Shown: positions 36,581 to 49,118, counted from the first letter of the whole stretch. The stretch is DNA of 62,530 nucleotides, filler included, from Rhabdomonas costata (GCA_019059605.1; 36 parts of 36 records of this genome joined end to end with filler, not necessarily neighbours in it), one strand, 5' to 3'. Notes: a model not told the origin generated them from the letters alone. A program made the numbers and translations.

Positions 36581-38183
36581 GGTTTGGGTGGATTTTTTTT
36601 TCGACGAGGCTGAAATGGAGGGGATTTATTCCTGTGCTCGTAGACATCCTGACACTTATGGCCGTCGTGGTCCTGGTCATGGTCGTGGTGTCGGGGCTTT
36701 GCAGAAAGAGCGCGAGGACAAGCACAGACAGCGCATTCTTTGGTACGGCGAGGACGACGAGGCCCGAGCGCAGGCCAGGGCGGAGTTTCTTCGAGTGGCC
36801 CAGGCCGCTCGGGAGACGTCCGGGGATCCGGCGAGGAGCTTCGACCCCGAGCTGGGCGTATACTACGCTTGGGCACAGAGCTCACGCAGTGTGGCGATTG
36901 CGGTGCGCCTGCCGTCGTGGAGCACTTCTGGGGAGGTAATACTGTGGGCTATATGCCCTGTCTCATTCCGCGTCTATATTTTTTTTACGATGCTCATGGT
37001 GTCTCTGATCACTTGCTCGATTAACTGCGGTGTTTGCAATTCTGAATGAAACTAACGGCTGGCAGAGGGTCAGCGTGCACAAAAAGCGGAATTAAGTTAG
37101 CACTTCGGGTGCCGTGTTTTTTACTTTTACCCGGATTTCTGTCGCGTAAACTATTCTTGCCAACGAAGCACAAACTAAGCAAGGTTCAAGCATGACCGCA
37201 GTGATTTTATCGTATCGTAGTTGGCATGCGCGGATGCATTTATTGTTTTTGTTCGTTCGGATGGTTTCGGGATGGGGGAAACGCGTTAGTCTCCCGTAAG
37301 CCTGGATGTCGCCGACGAGGCGCGACTGGTGCTGCGGCAGCCCGATCTCGAGGTACCCGTGCTGGACCGTGTGCTAGCCACCGCGGTGCAGGCCCAGCAG
37401 TGTATGGTGTACACGCTACCTACAATGCAGCATGCGGTGGTTCTCGTGGAGAAGCCCGATCCAGGGCAGCGGTGGCGCAAGCTGTTTGAGGGCGACACAG
37501 ACGGCACCCGGGAGGCCTCATCTCAGCCCTACACTCTATCTAGGCCGGTGTGTGGTTTTTTCTGTCCTGAACTGCTGGCGTAAATTGTAACACAGGCATC
37601 TGCGCCAGCAACTGTAATGCTCCAGTTAGTGAGTGGTTGTGAGTCCCTTGCATATCTGAGCACCTTGCGAACGGCTCCTGCTTCAAAAAATCCAGCTTCG
37701 GCGATTGAAAAGTCTTTTCTGAACTGGCAGTATCTTGATAGCACTAAGCCTAAGCTGGCCTGGGTCTTTTGTTCATACAGCAGCAGCAGCAGTAGCAGGC
37801 CTCCCGAAACGCTGGACAGCTGGTACTTCCCAGGGCTTCCTGACCTTTCTCCTTGGGCCGATTCTGGTGCCCCTTGGCAGCTTTTCGTATCCCTTTTGCG
37901 CCGCTTCTTGCCCCACACAGCCGAAGGTTTACGACAGCACCGACAAAGTGTTTACAAAAACACCCCACCCCTCACTTCATTGTCTGAAAGGTGCAGGCAT
38001 AGTCATATTTTGATTCACCTTTATGTAAACAGCATTGCTGCTTCCTCGTTTCTTTGTTATGTAAGGAAGCAGGCTACACACTGGTATCCTTCGAGGTCCC
38101 TGCGTCGACCGTCTGGGCCGACGTCACGGTAGAGGTGGATGTGGGCTCCCTTCTCGTGATTGTGGGAAGCTTGCTACAAGCAC
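36581..38183 (+). CDS. Tandem CS (p23/NudC, HSP20-like) domain protein, three exons (36581-36935, 37290-37547, 38066 to contig end)
   Basis: YYAWAQSSRSVAIAVRLP..|SPVSLDVADEARLVLRQPD..VLVEKPDPGQRWRKLFEGD..PYTLSRP|EAGYTLVSFEVPASTVWADVTVEVD. Joins are phase-0 GT-AG. Confidence 0.7.
37692..37948 (+). repeat. Dispersed repeat family A, copy inside intron 2 of the CS-domain gene
   Basis: CTAAGCCTAAGCTGGCCTGGGTCTTTT..AGGCCTCCCGAAACGCTG..GCCGCTTCTTGCCCCACACAGCCGAAGGTTTACGACAGCACC, with an upstream arm CCAGCTTCGGC. Confidence 0.85.
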
Positions 38184-38597
38184 NNNNNNNNNNNNNNNNN
38201 NNNNNNNNNNNNNNNNNNNNNNNNNNNTTAATTAATTAANNNNNNNNNNNNNNNNNNNNNNNNNNNNNNNNNNNNNNNNNNNNGGGTGTTGGTGACACCC
38301 CCCCCCCATCAATTCCTCGCTGTCCATTACAAGCGTTCACACAAAACCATATTGTTCTCTGCTGGCCTCTGCATAAATCAGAAACTCGTTTTGGGAGGGA
38401 GGGAGTGACTGAGAGGTGACAGGTGATTCGTTAGCCTTCAGGTGCTCAGATGGGATCCGCAGAGGTCGCCCCTGATTTGAAGACGAAGGTACAAAGCCTC
38501 GGACATCCGGCGGAGGTCATACCACAAACTGGAAGGCGGAGCCGGGAATCTGTGTATCCTACCTATCCTATCGTGAAACGAGGGGATTTCAGCATAC

Positions 38598-38711
38598 ATG
38601 AAAAGGATGCTGACCACACGGCGGTCCATGTCGTTGGTGGAGTCCATCTCCCCACTCAGCATCATCCGAACCACATCCCGGGGCACAAACTTCACAAAGG
38701 CCCGGAGCCCC
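38598..38711 (-). CDS. Class III adenylate/guanylate cyclase, exon just before the catalytic Asp
   Basis: AAG|GLRAFVKFVPRDVVRMMLSGEMDSTNDMDRRVVSILFM|GTATGC matches L..F.KFVP..VV......R.V.ILF.DI. Confidence 0.88.
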
Positions 38712-39132
38712 CTTAATGTGAAGAAAGAGAGGCGTGAAAACGCTGGGAAAGGCAAAGCAGAGGACAACCACGCAAGCGCCCTCTGCACCCGGCCAGGCTC
38801 AAAGAAAAGAATGGTATGGGTGGTTCAACTACCCATCGCTTTCCAAACGTTGCATTTTCCCGTTTCCAAAACTCATACAATTGGGGGGAAGCGGGGCAGT
38901 GTGAACGTTGCAAATGAAATGAAATGCCAGTGTCGCGTGTTGAAACAGCCCAGGAGCTGAAATCATGAAGAAATAATTTTGTTAAAGTTTTTGCAGGCAG
39001 CCACGGGGCTTTACACTGTCATTGCAGTGAAAATAAAGAGAAGATCTTATGCGACCTCGCAGACTTCGAAGACGTGGAAAACGCAAGGGCAAGAGTAAAA
39101 TGATCATTTAGAAAACGAAAAAGCTTCACAAG

Positions 39133-39395
39133 GGGCTTGCCTTCCGCTTGTGTTCTCCACACGCCTAATAATCAGCGGATTGCTGTTCACAACGGGGAAC
39201 AATAAAGGCGAGGGCGAAGCCCAAACAGGCCTGGGAATATACAGGAGGCCTCCCGAAACGCTGCGTGGCCGGTCCTTGGGGCCAGGAGATTCGCGACCTT
39301 TCACCCTCGGTTCACACTCGGCCAGTTGAAGTGCCCCTTGGCTGCTCTTTGTAACCCTTCTACGCCGCTTCTTGCCCCACGCAGCGGAGGGATTG
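39133..39395 (+). repeat. Dispersed repeat family A copy
   Basis: GAGGGCGAAGCCCAAACAGGCCTGGG..AGGCCTCCCGAAACGCTGCGTGGCCGGTCCTTGGGG..GCCGCTTCTTGCCCCACGCAGCGGAGGG, with an upstream arm GGGCTTGCCTTCCGCTT. Confidence 0.88.
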
Positions 39396-40487
39396 CTGTA
39401 TGAGTCTATTCTCGGCAAGTCTAGTCTCACACTCAGAGTAATTGGGATTTCTCTGCGAAGTGCATTGTACTTCTAAAGAAGCCCTCAACGTTTCGTCATC
39501 AAATGCGCAAACAAAGAAAGTGAGTGAGGGGGCAGGGGTACACCTCTCGAGCGAGAGGAACGACTGCTCACACATCCGGACTTCCGCGAACCGTGACCGG
39601 GAGGTCAGCAATGGCCTTCCGCCGGGCTTCTCTTCGAGTCTCAGCATGGACTGTGTTACCACAAAATGCATTAGCGTGCCCACAAACAGAATCCTCCTTC
39701 ACCCCCCATTTCGTTCTGCCTAAATATCGTACGGTGGCATAATATTCGGCGAGACGGGCAGAGTGTAGCCCGATGATTGAGTCCCCGGAAAATGAAAGCT
39801 TGCCATAAATTAAAGGGGTCAAACGCGCATTTTATTATTATTTAACTCAGCTCCAATTCACTGCAATTGCCCGGTCTAGCAATATCCCTCGGATCCTCCA
39901 AAATGGACACACCCACATACCANNNNNNNNNNNNNNNNNNNNNNNNNNNNNNNNNNNNNNNNNNNNTTAATTAATTAANNNNNNNNNNNNNNNNNNNNNN
40001 NNNNNNNNNNNNNNNNNNNNNNGTGTTGGGTGTGTGTGGTGGGGGTTTGGGAGCGTGTGCGTGTGCGCGTGCAGGAAGAACTGGAACCATCTTTGTGCAT
40101 GACACTGCGTTTGCGCGACTTTCTTGGGCAGGTACATTTCCATCGTTCCGCACTTCTGGGCTGGTGTTTTTCGAGGAGGGATCTGATTGGAGGAGATTAT
40201 CTTCTTTTCATGAACAATGGACAACGCGCTCCTTCAGTGTGTCTGCGATTGTGTTTGTGCAGGGAAAGTGGCGTGAGGTGCCCAGGTGTCGAGTGACCAG
40301 ACGTTGAGAGATGGATGCCGGTGGCCCATCGAGAGAGGGTAGCCCATGGGGGGCAAGAAAGAGTCTTCCCAAAAAAAAAGTGCATAATGTGTGCGAGTGT
40401 TGGCGAATCGGTTTTTTGTTTTTCGTTTGTTTTGTTCTTGGGAAGACAAGTGTGTGTGTATGTATGTTGGTTGTCGGTTGTGCGCAG

Positions 40488-41279
40488 ACGGTGTGCGGCT
40501 GCACAGCGTTTTCCAGCCCACCGGGACGGGCACGGGGCGGCTCTCCTCCTGTGAGCCCAACGTTCAAAACGTCCCCAAGCACTCCCTCGCGGCTTTCCCC
40601 TCTGGCCCTTCCGCCTCGGCCTCCACAGGGCAACCCCCGCCCACAGGGGCGGGGTGCGCCGTGAGGGAGGCCTTCGCCGCACCCCCGGGGTGGGCCCTGG
40701 TGGCCATGGACTACGAGCAGGTCCCCCTCCCTTACTCCAGCTTGATTCCCTGCATCCTCTCTCCCTAAGACCTACCTGGACACCCCGAGCAATCCATAGG
40801 ATTCGTAGATCCCTGGGCGGGCACTCACGGAGGCGCATTCCAACAGAAAAAGGCCGAGCGAAAAGCCAGGAACCTGCCGGTGATTGGGAAACATTGCATA
40901 CGTCCCTTGCATACGTTTTCCTTTTTTGGTGGAGCTGTTTGGTTTCATCTTCTTTCTTGGCGAACCATTTGTTTCACGGAACTTCTTCCTACGTTTTTCC
41001 CTGTCAGTACGGGGTTCTGTTTGACTGGGAGCTTCGTTGCAGGTGCTTAAATCTTTCTACTGGCGACATGGTCAACGGAGGCCTCCCTCACTAAAGAAAC
41101 TGTTGACCGGTTGATGATTTTTGTATGTGTGATCCGGTCCGGTCGTGCGCCGTTACCAGATCGAGCTGCGACTCCTCGCTCACCTGAGTGGCGAGCCCAA
41201 ACTTCTGGCCGCGTTGTGCAAGGACTTTGACGTCCACTCCTCCGTTGCAGCCACACTATTTCACATTCCTGCACAGCAG
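40488..41279 (+). CDS. Family A DNA polymerase (Pol theta/PolI-like), two exons (40488-40720, 41160-41279)
   Basis: RLHSVFQPTGTGTGRLSSCEPNVQNVPK..VREAFAAPPGWALVAMDYEQ|IELRLLAHLSGEPKL..DVHSSVAATLF. Motif A (DY.QIELR) is split by an intron. Confidence 0.93.
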
Positions 41280-42009
41280 GCGTGCCATCCTCTTCTTCTG
41301 ATCTTGGAGCCTTGGTTCCGTTTGGGTTTTCCACCTTGAAAATTGTCTGGGTTTTTGGAACTTACAACGTTGTAGTGCAATCTACTTGGAGCTTCGGGGC
41401 GGCACACTTGACGCTGCTATTTTTGCCTTCACCGTGCAGCGCAATTTTGGTGGTTGAAAGACTGAATGAGATGCTGGCTCTGCTTTTGAGTTCCGATGAG
41501 TTTGCTCTACTTTTGTTTCATTCCACTGTGGACTCTTGAAACCGTTCTCGGTGCAGGCCTACCTACGAGATTGAATGCCCTCGGACCTGTCGCACATGTC
41601 GTGCCGAGTGCGCACAGCACATGCTCCAAGGTGGCCACTGGCCACCCTCCCCCACCCCCCCNNNNNNNNNNNNNNNNNNNNNNNNNNNNNNNNNNNNNNN
41701 NNNNNTTAATTAATTAANNNNNNNNNNNNNNNNNNNNNNNNNNNNNNNNNNNNNNNNNNNNGGTGTTTGGGGAAGTTGAAATGGTCTCGACTTGTGAATC
41801 AATTTTGGCACGCTCCAACTTGCAGCGCAAGGAATGCGCAAGCTGGAGCGTGCCAAAATTGATTCACAAGTCGAGACCATTTCAACTTCCCTAAACCCTC
41901 AGAAGGTTGCCTATCCCACGACATATCAGTGCAAGGTGCACCAACCATGAAATCCATGGGATCAGAGAGAGACCTGTTTGAGAATCTACAATAAAAAACA
42001 GAAGCCCAC

Positions 42010-43261
42010 CTGTTGGACACCAGGTTCGAAAGCACCTGCCGCACCCGTGTCGGGTCGCATAACAGAAGCTGGGGCAGCTCCGGGGGAAGCACCACCACGG
42101 AGCGTACACCGCGCTCGGCCATCTTGGGCTCATACAATGACATCACACTCTGCGCCAGGTCAGCTAAGTCTGTGGGGATGTGCTCCAGAGTCATCTTCCC
42201 CGCATCCAGCTTGAAAAAGTCCTGAAGCAAGCAAAAATACGCAACAGCAAGCACAGCAGATCTGACCTGCTGCTGAAGGCAAAGAAAAAGACGGCAAGGA
42301 AAGCTCGACCGTGGCATAAGAATCGTGATAACCTAGCTCGCCAAATGGGGAGGGAATGGCGGAACACGGCCCCACATGATTTGCTCAGCTGTGGTTCAGG
42401 CACAGGCATTATGGGCGGTATCAGTCCCCCGGCCTCATTAATAGCAAGCGGCAGAGCCCAGGGCTGCTCACACAGTCGTTGTTGGCGCAGAGGGAGGGAG
42501 AGGGGGGGGAACTTCTGTTCAAGAAGCGACCTGGGCTAAATCCAGAAGGGGCACAGGGGGAAGAAAATGAAGCACCGCACTCTACCAAGATATCGTTGAT
42601 CACCACAGAAAGGTTGGAAGACGCGCCATCCATCACACTCAGGACCCGGAGCTGCTCATCGGAAAGTGCTAAAATGGGAGGGGGGAGAGAAGTGGGAAAA
42701 CCCCCAGGTGGTCGCTGTGAAATCTTCTCGAAATAATGACAAAGCCGCCTAATTTCCAAACCCTGACAATGAGACCTTCGTAATATTTAGGACCTTCACC
42801 ACTACTCCCATTTCCACGATCTCCAATAAGCAGTACGTGCCTGTTCAACCAGGGGACGTTTGTGGGGAAATGCTGCCTGGTGCTTCCTTCTGCCCTGCCC
42901 AAAACATCCGGACAAAAAGCAACCTTTCGCGTGTAAACGGTGGACGGTTGATGCACAAACGACCGACTTTCACATCATTCAAAAACCCCAATAAAAGTTG
43001 CTCTACTTATTTAAGTGGCAGGAAAAGCGGTGGGAACATTTCGGGCACTATGTACTCAAGCACAGTTCAGGAGAGACGAGAAAACGCTAATACGTGCATG
43101 GAGCTTTCCAGGTATGGAGCGCCCAGGTTTATTGTGGTCCAGCCGGCCCTCAAACTTTCCCTTGGTCTGAAAAGAAAACCAAAACGCGAAACTGAGATAG
43201 ATCTGCCTGTGGAGTGAAGCAAGTCAATCATCCCGATAATCCCATTGAGCGGAGTCCGAAT
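42010..43261 (-). CDS. Sensor histidine kinase (HisKA to start of HATPase), three exons (43261-43207, 42668-42586, 42221-42010)
   Basis: IRTPLNGIIGMIDLLHSTALSDEQ..VINDILDFFKLDAGKMTLE..DPTRVRQVLSNLVSN. The first intron is GCAGAT..TTAG, with phase 1 confirmed. Confidence 0.93.
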
Positions 43262-45272
43262 CTGCGCGGGAAAAAGTCGAAAAGTGTGGAGTGGAATTCC
43301 ATTCCCAGCCGTGCTCTCAGTACAGTCCACTGATGAAGAGCGAAACCCACCACAACGGAACGGTTCGATAAAAACCAAACAGGAGGCAAAAAAACACAAN
43401 NNNNNNNNNNNNNNNNNNNNNNNNNNNNNNNNNNNNNNNNNNNTTAATTAATTAANNNNNNNNNNNNNNNNNNNNNNNNNNNNNNNNNNNNNNNNNNNNG
43501 TGGTTGGAGGGAGAGAGAAAGTGCGCGAGAGTGCTACAGAAACACACAGAGAGAGGGAGAGACCAAATGGCCGCATATTCAACAGAGTGCGGTCGAGACA
43601 AACCCCGGACCGAGGATTTAGGAAAAAATACACAACTCGCCCTTTAAACTGGATGGCACCAAAAAGCGATAGGTTTGGAATGCCAAACCTTCCGCTGACA
43701 GGATGTTGGTGGGGGAATGTCAACGCACTGTTGCCGTGCCTTGCTTTTGATGCGCTTGCTTGCGCGCTGTTGAACGTTACGAGCGGTGCCCAGGTAAAAT
43801 TAATTTTTATATTTTAGTGCGCTCTAATCTAAGTGTTTTTGTGTTGGTGTGTTGGTGTGCGTGTGTGTGTTGGGCGCGTTGCGCGCGTGTTGCTCCCTAA
43901 TGCGTGGTAGACTCTGAGGTTGGCGCATACAATATTTTGATTGCTATCCATCTTTGCAATCACCGCTCACCTAATCCTCCAATGCGGTGTTCCGTTCAAC
44001 CCCCAGGATCCTAGTCCGGCGCACATGGTCGCTCAACAGGCCAAATATATACGCCCAAGTTGAGGCTTTTCATAGCATTTCCTTGATACCGGATTGACGT
44101 TATTTTCGGTAGGGACACCTCAAAACCACGGAGCATAACCCTGATAGCAACTGGCAGCAACGAAGACGATGAATGGCCAACTTATGGAATCGGTGACCGA
44201 CTGTCACGGCCCGGCTTGCAACATCACCACTCACGGATAACCCGGCGTCTGCCTTTGGTTCCACTGGGCTTGGTGTTCATCAGCCGTATCCCGACTATGC
44301 TTTCGCAAAGTGGGCGCTGTCCCGGTTTATCTTGGGTGTCACCAAGAGAGTGACTTTCTTACGACCGGTACGGCTTCGACTTGCGTCCAAAGTCCGGCGT
44401 GAGAGGGAACCTGAGGTCTCCATCGGTCAGTGGTGAGAGTGTCCTGTCTGCTGCTGCAATTGGGGAAGTCGTGCAAGGCTTTTCGGTCTTTCCTCTGATG
44501 CTTGGGTGCGTTATGAAAGGGGGCGGAGATGCAATCTCCCTATTCAGCTCGGCTTCTTGACCACCTCGGGGCCACTCTGCAAACCAACAGAAGGGAATGG
44601 GGTACGAGCTTTGCAAGTGTGAACCTGGTGTCTTGACTTCTTCGGTATCGCGGCCTTGTGCTCTGCTTATTCACGGGGGCTGGCTGGGGTAGAATCTGGC
44701 TAAGCAGGCTGGGACTTATGCAGCACTTACTAAGCAACAGTGCAAGCACAGCAGCGTTCACAACCACAACTGCAACAGCTACAATCCACACACTCTACTT
44801 CCCTCTGGGTTTTGCGCAGGCTCTTTCGCCTCCGCGCTTCTACATTGCAGCATAATTACAACTGACAACCAACACAAGCACGAACAAAGGAAATCAAAGA
44901 CCAAACCATTTGATCAGCCTCTTTCCATCCACTTTCTTCTGCAGCAAAACCTTCATCCAAAAAAAGGACCACTCTGACCGAAAAACCGGTCCAGAGAACT
45001 CGCAAACAACATTCTTCGATGCAGTTGACTTTTTTCTTTTGAAGAAGTCAACTTTCATTGAATTACTCTACTTGCCACATTCTTCTAGCAATCTTCGAGA
45101 TTTCCAGAATTCTTCTTTCTTTGATGCAACCCCCAACANNNNNNNNNNNNNNNNNNNNNNNNNNNNNNNNNNNNNNNNNNNNTTAATTAATTAANNNNNN
45201 NNNNNNNNNNNNNNNNNNNNNNNNNNNNNNNNNNNNNNGACCCCGTCTCGCTGTGCATGGTGAGCCAGTGTG

Positions 45273-45307
<35 letters not shown>

Positions 45308-45801
45308 TGCGTGCGCGCGTTTGTGGGCGTGGGCATGGTACCAGAAGACAGAGTATTCTCTGTCCTGTCCAAACGGCAAAGGCAAAAGCCAAAACAAAGC
45401 AAGCAAGCAAACGTGCCCATCACATTCACAGTATACTGCTAGCATGTCATGGCGAGAAATTGTGGGTGTGTCGGTTGGGGGACTGTGCCAGCTAGACTTG
45501 GTATAATCACTGGAAGGACCCCCACTTTATTGGTCCTACGTTATCATTATCGAGGGCTGTGATTAAGGGCGGCATATAGCCTTTCTCCCTTTAAGCGTGT
45601 AGCGGTGCAATGCACCAAGAGGAATGCAGAGGTGTGAGGCCGTGTGTGTGGTAGGGCCCGCTACAAAACCCCCTGGACGCCCTATTCGAGACTTCGGTGT
45701 TTGAGGAGCTGTGTTTTTGGACTCTAGGCGCAAGTTGGCAGCATTTTCCCCCACCCCCACTCCCGCTTCACTTTTATGGTTTTCTTCCTCTTCTTCTTTA
45801 G

Positions 45802-46158
45802 GTACTTTGTGATGAAGTGCGACAATGACAAGATCCACAGGTACCTCAGCAAAATCAAGGTGCGCATGGGAGGAGGGGGGAGGGGTGAAGACGGCACTTT
45901 GGGTGGTGTTGCGCTTTAACGATACAAACAGGACTTTTTAGCACTTGGACAGGAAAGGTGAGTTCCCCCTACTCTCTGATTCCTTTCCAGCACATACTCT
46001 TTGATTCCTGACTATCGTGTTAATAATCGCAGAGGTTCGCCCATCGGCTGCTGCTCTTCGATGGGGAAGAGGAGGCGCACATCCCCGATATTGTTCGCCG
46101 CACCTTCATGATGGCTGACATGGTGGTCAACGGAAAAGTCCTGGTGCAGTGGCACGAG
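45802..46158 (+). CDS. Hypothetical protein, two exons (45802-45859, 46033-46158)
   Basis: YFVMKCDNDKIHRYLSKIK|RFAHRLLLFDGEEEAHIPDIVRRTFMMADMVVNGKVLVQWHE with clean GT-AG phase-0 joins. Confidence 0.6.
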
Positions 46159-47489
46159 GTGTGTTTGTTCGTGATCGGTAGGGTCCAGCTTTCCGGTGGT
46201 CCTCCACATGTTTCCAGCACATCGCACATCTGCATCTCATCAGGGATTGTAAAAAGTTTTCAAAATTGCAATAAAAAGGAGTATGGGTTTTCATAAGAAA
46301 AAACTCTAAAAAGCGCAGACCTAAACCACGGAGAGCAAAACACAAAATATGAGAGAGAGAGAGAAGTCAGAAAGTTCCTCCCTCCTGTCTCCATTACACC
46401 CATAACGTTGGTGCAAAGCCAGTTGTAGCGGAGCGAGTCGCCACTCTTTTCTCATTAGCTTTAGCTTCTTATCCTCCAGCCGCGGAGTGCCAGGCTGGTT
46501 CCTCATGGTTGGTGCTTACCCAGTGGGATGTGATTTCCGCCCACATGGGGGGCAGGCCACACCCAGAACCAGCAGTTCATTCCACCCCCAGCACTCGGGA
46601 TCTTGGGCCACTATGCTGCATACAAGACCTTTGGATCATCAGACAAAAACGTGCCCCATCCGTGGCACGGCCATTTTTTCATACACTTCGCTAGAGCAGG
46701 CGAAACTGGGCGGGTGGTTTATGAGCCCGCCCGTCAGGCAGAATCCAGAGGGTGCGGGTTATAAGGCGATGCACGTGCTCCCTACGATTGGTTATTTGTC
46801 TCGCAAGAGGTCAAAGGGCGATGCTGGGCAGTTTAGTGATTGCTAGCACTGCCACCAAATTGATAGCCCTTCCCCCCCCCACACCNNNNNNNNNNNNNNN
46901 NNNNNNNNNNNNNNNNNNNNNNNNNNNNNTTAATTAATTAANNNNNNNNNNNNNNNNNNNNNNNNNNNNNNNNNNNNNNNNNNNNTCATATTTTAGGCTC
47001 GTTTTTCGCCTGTTTTTGACCCCTTTTCACCAAATTGGACCCCCCTCCCGTCTCCATGTGGTCATTGTTGGATTGGAAATTATGATGGTAGTACATTTTC
47101 CCTCCCGGCCCTGCACCTTTTGGGGCCCAACATTGACCTGCGGGGGAAGGGGGTAATGAGATGCAGAATTTTTGTCCAATTAAGCTCCTTTTTATTTCGA
47201 ATTTTGTCACACCCTTGTAACCTGTGCACCCTAGTGCAACCTAGATGAGTATTTCTGTTCAAAAGAGCTCAAAGAGTTCTGAGGCCTAGCCTTGTGGCTG
47301 GGATTTGGGCGGACATGTGGGATAGCATGAGTTCTTGGACGAAGGCCAGCCGTAGCGGGCCGCTGGGGCGGTGACGTGACCTGCGACCTTAAAGTAGCTT
47401 TTTTAATATTCTCCAACAGAAAGATTGGTTCCAGTGGTAATCGCCCCCCACCGAAAAAGAATATATGAGCCTATTTAACTCTTTTGCAG

Positions 47490-48624
47490 GTGAGGTCTAC
47501 CCAGTGGAGCTTCGGAAGCAGCTCTTCCTGGGGATGCCGATGATGCCCATCGCGATGGACTACTTCGTGGGATTCAGCACAGGGGAGCTGCTGGATATTC
47601 ACCGGGACGCCGGGGCACCGATGCTGTGGGAGCTCAGCAATCACCTCACCGGGTACCGTATTGGAGGCTTCTCAGCCTCCAGCTGGGGTCCGGATTGGCT
47701 CTCCACGGCAGGGAACATGACAATCAAGGAGGCCCCTTACAACGCCACGATGCGGGTGTGCACCTCCCAGCACTGCTGGAACTTGGATTTCCTTCCTTCC
47801 AAACGTCAGCATTGGACTTTCGAAATAAACGTTGCAGTTTGATGAAATCAGACTCCTACCTGTCCTGGCTCCACTTATTCATGGCTGATGGCAGGATCAC
47901 GCACACGGTCAGACGGTGGACTGGATCTCTCACAGCGGCACCATTGCTTTCAAGATGCACCTCTGGGGTACCTAGTTTATGCACAGGAAATTCAGGTTTT
48001 CCTTTGTGAACCTGTTCACCGTACTTGGACTGCGGTTCTTACGGCTCAATATTCAGTCGTGGTACCTTGCTGCGGAGCAAAGACACATCTCCGACGTGTT
48101 CTTCGGGCCCGTTTACCTCGCGTTGAGCCCCTTTGGGGTCTCTCTTGTGGTGCCCGCGGTGTACCCCGTCACCCGGCCGGGAACCGCCGGTTTCTTTGCA
48201 GTCACTGGGTCAAACGTGTTGCTACAGTCGCTGGATGACTTCTTGAAAGCGGTATCGTCTGCATTTATCGTTGCTATGAGGCTTTGCACGACGCTCTTTT
48301 TTTGTCGCGGCGTGCTGCTCGGAACAGTGGTGAAGTTTTGCCAACCTAAGTACTTTTTGGAGTTCAGTGGTGTTTCCATTGATTTCACTTGCCTCGACAC
48401 CCCATTAGTTAGTCTTTGGTTGCTCCGCGGGGCACCCTCCAAATTTGCTCAGCCGTTGAAGAAGCACAACGAATCGAGTCTCTCTCTCTCTCTGTGTACA
48501 AACAGATCGTCGCCGACTTGCTGGAGGGCACTGTGGTTTTCCTGGTGGAGCGCCAGTCCGGGGCCCTGCTGGCCAGCTCCATCCCTGGGCAGGCCTTGGT
48601 GGGGTCCCACGACCCGGTCAGTGG
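47490..48624 (+). CDS. dCache-type sensor domain of a receptor (probably a nucleotide cyclase or kinase), three exons (47490-47755, 48057-48251, 48506 to contig end)
   Basis: YFVGFSTGEL..PYNATMR|SWYLAA (Cache motif YDPR.RPWY..A)..LQSLDDFLKA|IVADLLEGTVVFLVERQSGALLASS. Confidence 0.78.
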
Positions 48625-48849
48625 NNNNNNNNNNNNNNNNNNNNNNNNNNNNNNNNNNNNNNNNNNNNTTAATTAATTAANNNNNNNNNNNNNNNNNNNN
48701 NNNNNNNNNNNNNNNNNNNNNNNNTGTTGTGGGGTGAGGGTGAGCAGGCGGCTGCTTCACTGCTGGCACCCACGCTCTGGAAAAGAGGGGGGGAGACGGC
48801 AGTGAAGCAGCCGCCTGCTCACCCTCACCCCTCAACTTTTTGTGGCCAG

Positions 48850-49118
48850 GGGAGGTGGGCGCGGTGGTCATCCTGGAGCTGGGGTGTTCGCGCAAGAATG
48901 ACCCCTGCCGCCGCCACAGCGAGCGGGTGTTCAAGCTGGCGAAGAGCTCGCAGCGGTGCACCCACATCCGGATCAGCACGGAGGACCTCACCGCGGGGAA
49001 GGGCAGCGCAGTGTCCAGCCAGGACGCCGCCCACACCATTATTATGGTCGTGGAGAGCCTGCTGAGCGCGCTGAACCACATCGACCGGTGCATGGTGGAT
49101 ATGAAGCGGCGGAAGTAA
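48850..49118 (+). CDS. Sirtuin (SIR2-family) C-terminal region, terminal exon
   Basis: VVILELGCSRKNDPCRRHSERVF..THIRIS..LSALNHID.., ending in TAA. Resembles LVVLE.GAG...PTVR..SE...LIRIN of bacterial-type sirtuins, but divergent. Confidence 0.6.

Noticed and set aside
39253-39390. Repeat family A as a hammerhead ribozyme (CGAAAC followed by a stem)
   Set aside because: There is no UH cleavage triplet after the stem, no conserved CUGANGA, and GAAA is not kept in other copies.
43330-43348. CTGATGA..CGAAAC as a hammerhead ribozyme core
   Set aside because: Stem II cannot close (A opposite C), and I found no stems I or III with an NUH site.
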